From the IMG/VR virus record IMGVR_UViG_3300032326_001477, positions 1 to 29,902 of that record: a stretch of 29,902 bases of DNA; one strand, given 5' to 3'. The stretch is from a virus. Its lineage: Duplodnaviria > Caudoviricetes. Each line of letters begins with the position of its first letter. Position 1 is the stretch's first letter. The notes below the pieces were generated by a model that was not told where the DNA came from, did no database searches, and worked only from the letters and a program-made list of their open reading frames with translations. Below are positions 10,101 through 17,818 of the stretch, piece by piece. Both the position numbers and the translations under genes were made by a program.

Positions 10101-13100
10101 TCATGATTGAAGGGTGGTCAACAACTATTTTCCATTTTATAGTACCAGTTCTTTCTGTACTTTTGTATGTGTAAATTGGTTCGGGTCTACCTAAAAAAAC
10201 ATTTGCTTCCCAATCCGCTCGAGAACTCTCGTCGAAACTCAAGTCATATGGTGGAAACCACATAATTCTACCCCCGTTTGGTCCAATTTCACATCCAGGT
10301 AAATCATCAACAGTAAATCCTGGTTTATTGGATGTTCTCCAAGCTAAATTTTCCAAAGAAAACATATATTTTTTAACCCTACCGTTTTGTATGTTTGTAG
10401 AGTCAGGACCAGTCATAGGTGCAATATTAAGGTTGTAAGTAGAGTCAAGTACAGAATATGAAGCTCCCCTTATGTTACCTTTATTATTTCTTAACTTACT
10501 TTTTTGTAAATTTTTGTAAGTGTAATATGGTCTATCCTTAGTAAATAACCTACAATACTCAAACCCCTTTACATCGGTCACAGGATTATCGGGGTCAGGT
10601 TGTACTGAAGTTGGGGTAACGTATCTAAATACTCTCGACCCTTTTGTCATTTCAATATAACCGTCATTGAAAACCTTAGATACTTGGTTAATTGCGTTTC
10701 CAACATGTTGTGCTTTGTTTGATGACCTACTACCCGCATCTATTAATTTTTGTGTTATATCTAAAATAGACCCGTCAGTTAACGTTAAATCTGAAGATTT
10801 TGATTTATCAAATGTATTTTTAAGTATTTGGTCTAAACCACTATCTGTTGAATTGACCGCTTGGTTATTATAACCAACAGGTTGTCCAGGTTTAATGTAA
10901 GTGTTATTAGATGTTGTCCATGTGAAATTACCAATAAGGGTTCCACCACCAATTACCCCTTTAGTATCTGAAGCTCCATCAAAAAAGTTTCTACTATTAA
11001 TTCCAAAAAATCTATTGTTTACTGCGTTACCTTCATATTCTTTTCCAATTATACCATAATCAAAAACAGGTCCAATACTAGGTTGGTCACCCTTACCTAG
11101 TGGAATTTCATTTGATGGACTTACCACCTCTCTTACGAAATTTTTAGTGTTTCCAACATAAAAATTAGGTTTAGGAGATGAAAGGTTAGGACTCAATAAT
11201 GATTCAAAATTGTAGTCAGGTCTATATTGATTGAAAAATAATTGGTCAAACAATAACGATCTAGTTGCTCTTGATGTATTTGCTAAAAATCTTTCTGACC
11301 CCGAATCAATATTTGCGGATAATATTTTATTTGTAAAGTTACTAATCAAACTACCAACAGCACCAATAGGGTTTGCCAGTGCTTGACTTAGGAAGTTTCT
11401 TTCAGGATAATCAAAATATTCCCCTGGTATAATTGAATAAGGTGAGTATAAACCTGATAATCTTGATGTAAAACTAAGTACATCGCCAACAATTGTTGAT
11501 GGTTCTGTAATTGTATAATTTTTTTGTATAAGTGGGACGTTGTTTGTTGCAACTCCTAATATTTCAAACGGGTCTATTGATGGATTACCACCTATACCGC
11601 CAGAATTAGGTGTTACAGATGAGTTAGTTAATATTGATCTACCTAAAGTTTGTTGGTATAATTCTGCAGCAACTCTTGAACGAAACTCCTCTTGTAATTT
11701 TTTAGCAGCAATTTTAGCTAAGTTAGAATCGTTACTTAATGGTCCTTCACTACCATTAGGATTATTACTTGTTAGTATAGAAAACGGACTATATGATGAC
11801 GCAACAAACGAAAAAGTCGTGTCACTGTTTGCGTATGGTCTATTTAATGTGTCAGGAAAAAACTCATCAATTACTAATGGTTCATAAGTACCTTCACCAG
11901 TATTATATAAGTTCTTTATATAGTTATATTGAATTGACTGTTCTGTAGTCTTGTTCGGTGCGGATGCTGTAAAATCATATTCACCCTTATTTGCTTGAGT
12001 TTGAAAATTAAGATTTGGGTTTATCATCGTCCCGAATCCATTTGGTTGGTCTTCAGGTCCGAACACATTAGCCAAATAGGATATTATTTGTGATTGCTCT
12101 GTTGTTAAATTTGGAGATGATGAACCGTAACTATATGGTCCAGAATTTGGTTTAGTCTGTTGGTTGATGTTTGGATTAATTTGTCCTCTAAAACCACCTT
12201 CAGGGCCAAAAAAGTTTGTCGTATATGCGTTTATTCTAGATTGGTCAGATGTAATATTAGGACCATTAGAAACATAATCGTAATCACCTTGGTTAGAACC
12301 GAGTGTGACTGTTGGAAACAACACCGAGTTTCCGTAACCTAGTTGATTATTGCTAGGTGTAAATTTGTTAAGAACCCTTAACAAATTTTCTAATCTATCC
12401 CCCTCTAACTCTAATGGACTTGAAATGGCATCTGAAGGTCCGTAGTTACCCTCATTTGCGTTGGTTTGTTTGTTTATATTAGGATTAATTGTCTGTTGGC
12501 TTTGTTGTCCTTCAGGTCCATATTGATTTATTACTATTTGTTCTTCTTTAAGTGTTCTTCCCCTTTTTTCTAATTCACTACCAATAGTGTCTATAAAATC
12601 ATAATGACCTTCATTCGCCTTTGTTTGTTTGTTAACATTAGGAGTAACAGTACTTCTACTATCATTTCCATCAGGACCGTATTGGTTGATAATTATAAGT
12701 TCATTTTCCTTTTGTACACCAAAAGTTTCTAATAAACTACCTTGTGTATTTATATAACCATAAACTCCTTTATTAGATGTTGAGTTAAGGTTTTTGTTAA
12801 TATCTATTGTATTACCAAATGAATTTGAAAAGTCGGTAGGACCATAAATGTTTTGCACGTACAACAATTTCTCAGTTGCATCACCTACATTTTCAAGTTC
12901 TGACCCAATTGTGTTTTGAAAACCGTAACTACCTAAATTACTTTTATTATTTTTATTAATATTAATAATGATTGTATCACCAAAACCACCGTTAGGGTTA
13001 AACTTATTTTGTTTAATTAATCTTTCTTCTTGAATTTTTTGTTCTACTGTAACATCAGGTAAATTGTTAACAGAATAATCTACCAAGGTAACTTCGGATG

Positions 13101-13215
13101 CTACTTTTAATACATCGAAACTAAACGAACCATCGACCTTATAAGGCTCGAGGTTACGAACTTGTAGTTTTTTTCTGAAGTTTTCAGTCGAATTAAATGA
13201 TAGTGGACTATTCAT
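7114..13215 (-). CDS. Large baseplate / tail-tube-initiator-like protein with N-terminal repeats and an inserted OmpA-like domain
   Basis: 2033 aa directly after the tape measure. FPPYDLSFDESSRADWEANVFLGRPEPIYTYKSTERTGTIKW and PPICILRIGDFFHTKIVCESLDISY...PMIASITMQIKFIG match the two halves of the contractile-tail tube-initiator fold. VIGSANS...YNNSLSKRRTDSV...CRRVKV is OmpA-C-like. Confidence 0.6.
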   Translation of the reverse strand: MNSPLSFNSTENFRKKLQVRNLEPYKVDGSFSFDVLKVASEVTLVDYSVNNLPDVTVEQKIQEERLIKQNKFNPNGGFGDTIIININKNNKSNLGSYGFQNTIGSELENVGDATEKLLYVQNIYGPTDFSNSFGNTIDINKNLNSTSNKGVYGYINTQGSLLETFGVQKENELIIINQYGPDGNDSRSTVTPNVNKQTKANEGHYDFIDTIGSELEKRGRTLKEEQIVINQYGPEGQQSQQTINPNINKQTNANEGNYGPSDAISSPLELEGDRLENLLRVLNKFTPSNNQLGYGNSVLFPTVTLGSNQGDYDYVSNGPNITSDQSRINAYTTNFFGPEGGFRGQINPNINQQTKPNSGPYSYGSSSPNLTTEQSQIISYLANVFGPEDQPNGFGTMINPNLNFQTQANKGEYDFTASAPNKTTEQSIQYNYIKNLYNTGEGTYEPLVIDEFFPDTLNRPYANSDTTFSFVASSYSPFSILTSNNPNGSEGPLSNDSNLAKIAAKKLQEEFRSRVAAELYQQTLGRSILTNSSVTPNSGGIGGNPSIDPFEILGVATNNVPLIQKNYTITEPSTIVGDVLSFTSRLSGLYSPYSIIPGEYFDYPERNFLSQALANPIGAVGSLISNFTNKILSANIDSGSERFLANTSRATRSLLFDQLFFNQYRPDYNFESLLSPNLSSPKPNFYVGNTKNFVREVVSPSNEIPLGKGDQPSIGPVFDYGIIGKEYEGNAVNNRFFGINSRNFFDGASDTKGVIGGGTLIGNFTWTTSNNTYIKPGQPVGYNNQAVNSTDSGLDQILKNTFDKSKSSDLTLTDGSILDITQKLIDAGSRSSNKAQHVGNAINQVSKVFNDGYIEMTKGSRVFRYVTPTSVQPDPDNPVTDVKGFEYCRLFTKDRPYYTYKNLQKSKLRNNKGNIRGASYSVLDSTYNLNIAPMTGPDSTNIQNGRVKKYMFSLENLAWRTSNKPGFTVDDLPGCEIGPNGGRIMWFPPYDLSFDESSRADWEANVFLGRPEPIYTYKSTERTGTIKWKIVVDHPSIMNLLVKRELESQNTSVATKVIDSFIAGCTEYDIYDLLRKYGSFSLNDIYNVVSTLSNETLQEVAKELPNETPQSETIIETDVNLEEGSQPSESETTIAEDLKTESYQNIQLLFQEAKPSSNDTDGSYEEYFDELIDAKSDYDSAGTAPGGFANKLYFYNGNLVTNAPSNFSFADYIDTRKSSLDDVFSFAQQEYDTFKELLSKILTLCDGGNKIVLEVIGSANSNNSGASGYNNSLSKRRTDSVIKMITDFTEGDLNMKDMVDKKLLEFSTSSAGSNLEINEENYRDIDCSKPFANSTILKYSVQGMMCRRVKVGVKEQTPPPTTTPSAPTTDVTEQPEGEIPNPLAADNDNTDNTQPQSESSPVVRQVKKQTLTNSLREGITKRLLRKLLSECDYFEMIREEDPMIYDGIKSRIKNFNPVFHSITPEGLNARLTFLQQCMRPGDTIPTAVDNGQGGTQLLYNDVNNSAFGSPPICILRIGDFFHTKIVCESLDISYEDAVYDLNPEGIGVQPMIASITMQIKFIGGHGLKEPVAQLQNSLSFNYYANTEVYDERATETEQLNPEFEKQIIEDIKNEAGVPPLTRPPVNDGGVTLGTITTSSFDVNTSQVIGQINYKENMNNMITSTENYINNINTTLNDLKNDLLWGGLILYTSQRSYSDGLFDWLLGGPPQEVKIFGKPVNYQSKVDSLFNNAKTDIENDLCPLIAQLTNQGFASNSDTRKVKRKLTEMVDARKTAYLQSLEKNTSKLIQEELNFIKNSDQINFVLSQVDGYKNKRGGVVIYDVSGTTEVDPTSVGVLNTYNELKDDLLKIGSDLNELNEKYENYQIIPNGPNKIYNDNFNFDVYIESTAPQDVRFFLIFGKEILQDRNKFMNEVTSTITESLSYSNYKSFMFANIGVNASIVGNQTTVIPNGRFSKYEKSKQTLEDNFKNFNDQYFISKFPNNKYITFNKNKARNFTFVKQEPINPANEQNLLDLWSTVDSTGNLFNLKKQMV
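11890..13020 (-). repeat. About 7 degenerate 49-55 aa protein repeats (N-x-[YF]-G-P...[IV]NPN[IV]N-x-Q-T-x-x-N-x-G-x-Y)
   Basis: Units begin QNKFNP, QNIYGP, INQYGP, INQYGP, LNKFTP, TNFFGP and ANVFGP, each followed by N-x-G-x-Y; a partial eighth unit begins KNLYNT. Confidence 0.8.
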
Positions 13216-13228
13216 CTATTGTTTTTCT

Positions 13229-13236
13229 AATAAATA
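13229..13236 (-). promoter_or_regulatory. TATTTATT upstream motif
   Basis: Sense-strand TATTTATT 13 nt upstream of the ATG at 13215. Confidence 0.55.
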
Positions 13237-13252
13237 GATTGAATACTATTTT

Positions 13253-15163
13253 TTATGATTCGAATCGGGATTTTGACTTGGATAACAAATTTCTTTGACT
13301 GAATATTTCCATTACTTTGTCTTTAAGATTTCTTTGAAATTCTGCATCTCTACTCAACATATCAGCTATTGGTCCCGATGTTAACCCTTTAACATTCAAA
13401 TCAACACTAATGTTGAAATTATTATCTATTGTTTGTTTTGTATTTTGTGTAGTTTCAGATTTTGTTACTATTTCTTGTGGTGGAATTGGTCTTAGGGTGG
13501 GTTCTTTAATTTCTAAAGTTGGTATGTTGTCACTTAAATTTTGTGATTGTAAATAAACGTCTTTTAATAAACCTATTTTTTTATCCAAATCCGGCGCAAA
13601 CATCGCTTGGTCATCTTTAATAAAGTCAAACATTTGACCCTTTCCTAAAGATAAAACTTTTTTTCCTTCACCAAAAAAAGCATCGTTTTGAAGATTAGTT
13701 GCTTCAATATTTGTTTCAAACGGGGCATCAAATGTTGTTGGTTTATTATCTTCAATTTCTTGTTTTTGTGCCTGTATTCGAGTGCTCACTTGGTTAAAAT
13801 CTTTTCTTGCTTCACTTACTAAACTTCCAGACTTCTTTTGTATATCACCCACTTTATCAAAAACTTCTGCAGATTTGAGAACAGCATCTATAGCCGTTTG
13901 TCTTTCAGTGTCTGTTAAATTCGTCAATAAATAATCTCTTATTATCCTCATGTCTTTTTGTTGGGTTTCCTCAACAGTTAATGATTGTTCAGCTAACTTA
14001 CGGTCAGAAAGAGTTGCCTTTTTTTGGTATTCTTCTAAAGCAGCTTGAAGAGCTTTCGGGTTATCACCTATAGATTTTACTAAATCAGTTGTTTCAAATC
14101 CAGGAATTCTTAATTCTAACTTTCCTCCTTTACCAATTTCAGTTAAAGATTTTACTAAGTTCATTGACTCTTGTGGTATACCTGAAATGTCAACTCCTTG
14201 TGCCAACATTTTGTCACTAATGAATTTTTGTTTTGCAGCCTCTCTACCAATTTGAATGAACTTTTTGTAGTCCCCATTTATAGCTTCAACAGATGCCTTT
14301 AACCTATCTCTTTGTAGTGCATCTATCGTTATTTCACCTGTTGCGTCATTTACCTTAAATGCTGATTGTGCAAGATTAATAAATGAATCTTGTAGTTTCC
14401 CTACATCGTTTCTTCCTGCATTTAAAAGTTGTGTGAAATTTGTTAAGTCAGAACCAAATCCGCCAATCATACTAAGTGTTTGCGCCATTTCGATAGCCTT
14501 TTCAGGATCCAACAAATTATCCATAGTTTGTTCACTAACTATATCCCCCAATTCAACATTCAAAGACTGAGCCTTTGCTGTCATTTGCGTTAGACCATCA
14601 ACACCACCTTTAAATGCATACGCATCAACTAATTGTAAATTCTTATTAACCCCCTCTAAAAGTTTTGCAGCATCAAGTCCAGACTGTCTTGCAATTTTTG
14701 CAATCTCTGCCATTTTTTCAGCACTTTTTGTTTGTGATTTGAGTAATCGAACGAATGAACCTTCTAATTTACCTATATCTTTTGCCGCCATACCTGTTGT
14801 TTTTGTAAGGGCAACCATCTGTTCAGTGGCAGCAATTGAAGGTAAAGTCATTTTACCCATATCTGAGTTAAGATTTTCCACGACATCCGTCAAATCTGTA
14901 AATGATCCGCCAAATTTTACAGTTTCTTTGTAAGAACTAATTAAACTTTCTCTAAGTTGATTTGAACCGACAACAATACCAGACGTAATAGTTCTGTTCA
15001 ATTTTTTTGCACTATCCTCCATTGCGGTTAAAGTGGTAAGTGTTGTTTCGGCAGCATTTGTTACACCTTTTTTAAAGGCATTACCTATATTGGTTAAAAT
15101 ATCACCGTAACTGGTACCAGCCTGTTCAAATTCATCTAAAGTAGTGTCAGCAAAAAGTAACAT
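13253..15163 (-). CDS. Tail tape measure protein (putative)
   Basis: 636 aa, Ala/Lys/Gln/Leu-rich with a helical pattern; located after tube and chaperone genes and before the baseplate genes. Confidence 0.7.
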   Translation of the reverse strand: MLLFADTTLDEFEQAGTSYGDILTNIGNAFKKGVTNAAETTLTTLTAMEDSAKKLNRTITSGIVVGSNQLRESLISSYKETVKFGGSFTDLTDVVENLNSDMGKMTLPSIAATEQMVALTKTTGMAAKDIGKLEGSFVRLLKSQTKSAEKMAEIAKIARQSGLDAAKLLEGVNKNLQLVDAYAFKGGVDGLTQMTAKAQSLNVELGDIVSEQTMDNLLDPEKAIEMAQTLSMIGGFGSDLTNFTQLLNAGRNDVGKLQDSFINLAQSAFKVNDATGEITIDALQRDRLKASVEAINGDYKKFIQIGREAAKQKFISDKMLAQGVDISGIPQESMNLVKSLTEIGKGGKLELRIPGFETTDLVKSIGDNPKALQAALEEYQKKATLSDRKLAEQSLTVEETQQKDMRIIRDYLLTNLTDTERQTAIDAVLKSAEVFDKVGDIQKKSGSLVSEARKDFNQVSTRIQAQKQEIEDNKPTTFDAPFETNIEATNLQNDAFFGEGKKVLSLGKGQMFDFIKDDQAMFAPDLDKKIGLLKDVYLQSQNLSDNIPTLEIKEPTLRPIPPQEIVTKSETTQNTKQTIDNNFNISVDLNVKGLTSGPIADMLSRDAEFQRNLKDKVMEIFSQRNLLSKSKSRFES

Positions 15164-15177
15164 GGATTAATTTTATA

Positions 15178-15185
15178 TATAAATA
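15178..15185 (-). promoter_or_regulatory. TATTTATA upstream motif
   Basis: 14 nt upstream of the tape measure ATG at 15163. Confidence 0.6.
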
Positions 15186-15192
15186 CGCAAAA

Positions 15193-15345
15193 CTATTTTT
15201 TATTGAACTCTTCAATTAGTTTGTTTACGAAGTATTTTCTTTCGTAAGTCGGTACTTTAAGTAAGTCTTGATATGAAAAATGACCGTATTTTATTAGATA
15301 ATAAAACTCATCTAATAAATTAATTTTATGATTGGAAGAAAGGCC
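15193..15345 (-). CDS. ATG-less 50-codon frame; probable frameshift extension of the tail assembly chaperone (G-T-like product, 296 aa in total)
   Basis: Reads GLSSNHKINLLDEFYYLIKYGHFSYQDLLKVPTYERKYFVNKLIEEFNKK*(TAG 15193-15195). It fills the gap between chaperone and tape measure, has no ATG, and is in the +1 frame relative to 15326..16084, entered at TTT_TTT_CGG. Confidence 0.7.
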   Translation of the reverse strand, partial: GLSSNHKINLLDEFYYLIKYGHFSYQDLLKVPTYERKYFVNKLIEEFNKK

Positions 15346-16084
15346 GAAAAAATTCAACCCCAAAGGACAGATTAACTGTTACCTTTTCTCCTGACGGGGC
15401 TGTAATATATCTTGTTAAATCTAATTGTGGTTCACACTCTTTGATAAATTTTTTAAGGTCTTTAGAGTCTGAAATTGGCATGTTTAAAATAAATTCAGAT
15501 ATTTTAGACTTGTCTGTAATCCCATCAATTTCAACTATATGTTTTTCTAATCTTTTAGTCACTACAGGTGCAACCATATTTTGTGGGTAACTATCAGACA
15601 AAGTATCTATTTCTTTTTCGTCTTTTAAATTTAATAATCTAAATTTTACATTCTTTTTAGTCTTAGGTAATTGGAAATTAAAAAATCCATCTTCATTAGG
15701 TTCGTGTATTGCTTTTTTAACATTTAATTCTTCTAACTGTAAAGTAATATCGAATTTTTTATTTGTTGCTGGATCAGTAACAGAAAAATTATATTCAGAA
15801 CCAAATGAAGTATTTCTCAAAAATATCAAAATAGCTTGAACGTCTACATTCAATAACTGATTAACATCAAACCCTGGTTCATAAATTTTATTTTTCAATA
15901 AACTATAAACAATACCATCTGAACTAATATTTGGGGACATTAACATGTTCTCATCGTTGGCCGTTAAATACCCAACTTTTAGAGATTCTTTTTTTGGTCT
16001 ATAAAATAAACCTTTAGTTGGTAACTTCACAACATCGTGAGGTAAGTTGAAGTCCATTTGACCATAAGATTCTGCACTATTCAT
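15326..16084 (-). CDS. Tail assembly chaperone / baseplate hub assembly protein (T4 gp26-like)
   Basis: 252 aa between tube and tape measure; VKLPTKGLFY...LTANDENML...DVQAILIFLRNTSFGSEY...FQLPKTKKNVKFRLL pattern of myophage chaperone proteins. Confidence 0.65.
   Translation of the reverse strand: MNSAESYGQMDFNLPHDVVKLPTKGLFYRPKKESLKVGYLTANDENMLMSPNISSDGIVYSLLKNKIYEPGFDVNQLLNVDVQAILIFLRNTSFGSEYNFSVTDPATNKKFDITLQLEELNVKKAIHEPNEDGFFNFQLPKTKKNVKFRLLNLKDEKEIDTLSDSYPQNMVAPVVTKRLEKHIVEIDGITDKSKISEFILNMPISDSKDLKKFIKECEPQLDLTRYITAPSGEKVTVNLSFGVEFFRPFFQS
15344..15352 (-). other. Candidate +1 programmed ribosomal frameshift site UUU_UUU_CGG
   Basis: In-frame codons GAA TTT TTT CGG, six sense codons before the stop. 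A +1 slip (UUU to UUC) enters the 50-codon frame. Confidence 0.6.
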
Positions 16085-16099
16085 AATATTTTTATTTTA

Positions 16100-16127
16100 A
16101 ATATACTTTACAACATATTTTTGTAAA
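16100..16127 (-). promoter_or_regulatory. Sigma70-like promoter candidate TTTACA-N16-TATATT
   Basis: Lies just after the terminator and 15 nt upstream of the ATG at 16084; same architecture as the site before the helicase. Confidence 0.4.
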
Positions 16128-16128
16128 C

Positions 16129-16155
16129 AAAAAACCCACCTTGTGAGTGGGTTTT
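16129..16155 (-). terminator. Intrinsic terminator after the tail tube gene
   Basis: Minus strand AAAACCCAC-TCACAAG-GTGGGTTTTTTG: perfect stem with U-tract, about 20 nt after the tube stop codon. Confidence 0.85.
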
Positions 16156-16176
16156 ATACATTTTAATTTTATTATT

Positions 16177-16665
16177 TTAGTAAACCAAAATACATCTATC
16201 AGGTCTTAGTGTTGCGTCTATAGTCATGATATCATCTTTGTCATAACCTACGTCTCCAAACTTCACATCAGTTAAAAAACAACCTTGTAAAATCCATTTT
16301 TCAACGGCTACTCCTGTTGGGTCTAACATTTCTAAGTCAACATCTTTTTTATAACCCGCAGCATAACCCATACGTCCTGTAACAGACTCAGCGTGTAATC
16401 TTACCCACTCCATAAGTGCTTGTGCAGCTGAAGGTCCGATTGGGTCACGGAATTTCACACTGATAGTTTCCCACTCGAATCTACTAGCAACATAAGTTTT
16501 AGTGTTCAAGAATGGAATATCCTTTGCTTCAATTTTGATACTTGGTCTCGATGTACTTTCTACGTACCAAGAGTTAATCCCTAAAGAAGTAGGGAAAGTC
16601 AATATGAATCGGTTAGCTCTTTTAGGTTCATACTGAAAGGGCATTTTCATTAACAAATCAGCCAT
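16177..16665 (-). CDS. Tail tube protein (T4 gp19-like family)
   Basis: 162 aa; YEPKRANRFIL...RPSI...WETISVKFRDPI...EWVR...YKKDVDLEMLDPTGVAVEKWILQGCF is typical of myophage tube proteins; downstream of the sheath. Confidence 0.9.
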   Translation of the reverse strand: MADLLMKMPFQYEPKRANRFILTFPTSLGINSWYVESTSRPSIKIEAKDIPFLNTKTYVASRFEWETISVKFRDPIGPSAAQALMEWVRLHAESVTGRMGYAAGYKKDVDLEMLDPTGVAVEKWILQGCFLTDVKFGDVGYDKDDIMTIDATLRPDRCILVY

Positions 16666-16699
16666 TGTCTAAATTTTTGTTTTTTCTTTTATTTTTATA

Positions 16700-16707
16700 T
16701 ATAAATA
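16700..16707 (-). promoter_or_regulatory. TATTTATA upstream motif
   Basis: 34 nt upstream of the tube ATG, followed by an A-rich leader. Confidence 0.6.
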
Positions 16708-16779
16708 TATTCAGAAACAATTTTTTCTATTTACTTTAATTATATTTAGAAATATTCTTTAACTAGAACTAGAAAATAA

Positions 16780-17658
16780 TTAATACTCTTTCTTTTCTCC
16801 TCCTTTAGTTAAATATGTTCTTACTGGTCCTTCTGGATATTCTTGACTTAAAAAATCCCTCATTTTCTCTATATTTCTTGGGTCGTCATCTGAAAAACCT
16901 ATTTTTGGTGTGAACTCTTGGTTATTTACATCATTCTTAAAATAAGCCTTTTTCCCAATCTCAGCCGCTAAATCTTGACAATAAACTATAAATTTTCTCA
17001 TTGCAACAATTTTTAACTCCTCAGGGTTCGCAGCACTTCCTTGTCCAAAAGTTACAGGTTCATACACACAAAGGTCCAAATATTCGTCAATAAGTTCTTT
17101 ATCTGAAAAATTTACCTCTATTTGTTCATTTATATTTTCTTCCTCTGAAAAGAAGTTTCTATATTTTTTAAGGTTTTCTATTAGGGTTCTACTGTTAATA
17201 CCATTATGGTTACTCACAATAAAATTATAAACACCTTCTCTTAATGCCGATGGATTATGACCCCTTGCTGTTATAATTGCAAAAACTGAACCACCGTTTA
17301 TACATTCAACAAAATCATTCCAAGATGGGCCTGGTTTTGCTAACATCGAGTCGATGACAAATCTTTTGTCCCCCATTTCTTTAAAGAATCTGAATGGTTC
17401 TTTTGCATAACCAACAACTGTAGTACCCTTATAACTAAATGGTTCACTACCTATTTGGTGTCTGTGTTCAGCAAAATCTTCAGTAGACATACCTACTTCT
17501 TCTTCATTTTCAGTCATTACCATAATTTTGGTTGACATAAAAACGATATTATCGTCCCAATCAAAGGCATAATATTTAGTGTCAGGTGTACCTGATTCAT
17601 CAATACCTTCATTAACTACTCTTTTTAAGTAATTGTAAACATATTTTTTAATGTCCAT
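16780..17658 (-). CDS. HAD-superfamily phosphatase-like protein
   Basis: 292 aa; motif I YYAFDWDDNI (DxD), motif II IITARGH, motif III Lys (EELKI), motif IV IGFSDDDPRN. Confidence 0.75.
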   Translation of the reverse strand: MDIKKYVYNYLKRVVNEGIDESGTPDTKYYAFDWDDNIVFMSTKIMVMTENEEEVGMSTEDFAEHRHQIGSEPFSYKGTTVVGYAKEPFRFFKEMGDKRFVIDSMLAKPGPSWNDFVECINGGSVFAIITARGHNPSALREGVYNFIVSNHNGINSRTLIENLKKYRNFFSEEENINEQIEVNFSDKELIDEYLDLCVYEPVTFGQGSAANPEELKIVAMRKFIVYCQDLAAEIGKKAYFKNDVNNQEFTPKIGFSDDDPRNIEKMRDFLSQEYPEGPVRTYLTKGGEKKEY

Positions 17659-17795
17659 TATTTTCTTAATTTTTTAAGTAAGGTTTCTAATTGAGACTCA
17701 GTGATAATCACATTTTGTTTTTTTGAAGAAAAAGTTTCAACATTTTGTTTTTTATCTCCTAAAGTTTCTTTGATAATTTTTTTTTCTATTTTCAT
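17658..17795 (-). CDS. Small hypothetical protein (45 aa)
   Basis: MKIEKKIIKETLGDKKQNVETFSSKKQNVIITESQLETLLKKLRK*. Its stop overlaps the HAD start (TAATG) and TATTTATA lies 11 nt upstream. Below the ORF-track size range. Confidence 0.75.
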   Translation of the reverse strand: MKIEKKIIKETLGDKKQNVETFSSKKQNVIITESQLETLLKKLRK

Positions 17796-17806
17796 AGTTT
17801 TTTTAA

Positions 17807-17814
17807 TATAAATA
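17807..17814 (-). promoter_or_regulatory. TATTTATA upstream motif
   Basis: Immediately after the sheath hairpin, 11 nt upstream of the ATG at 17795. Confidence 0.6.
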
Positions 17815-17818
17815 TAAT

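Noticed and set aside
7226-14933. Plus-strand ORFs 7226, 9962, 10667, 11540, 12160 and 14739
   Set aside because: Short antisense shadows of long minus-strand genes, with non-ATG starts and no recognisable motifs.
15340-15365. Canonical -1 slippery heptamer for the chaperone frameshift
   Set aside because: The -1 frame closes within a few codons; only the +1 (equivalently -2) frame leads into the 50-codon extension.
16762-16773. ACTAGA x2 repeat after the HAD gene
   Set aside because: Too short to distinguish from chance.
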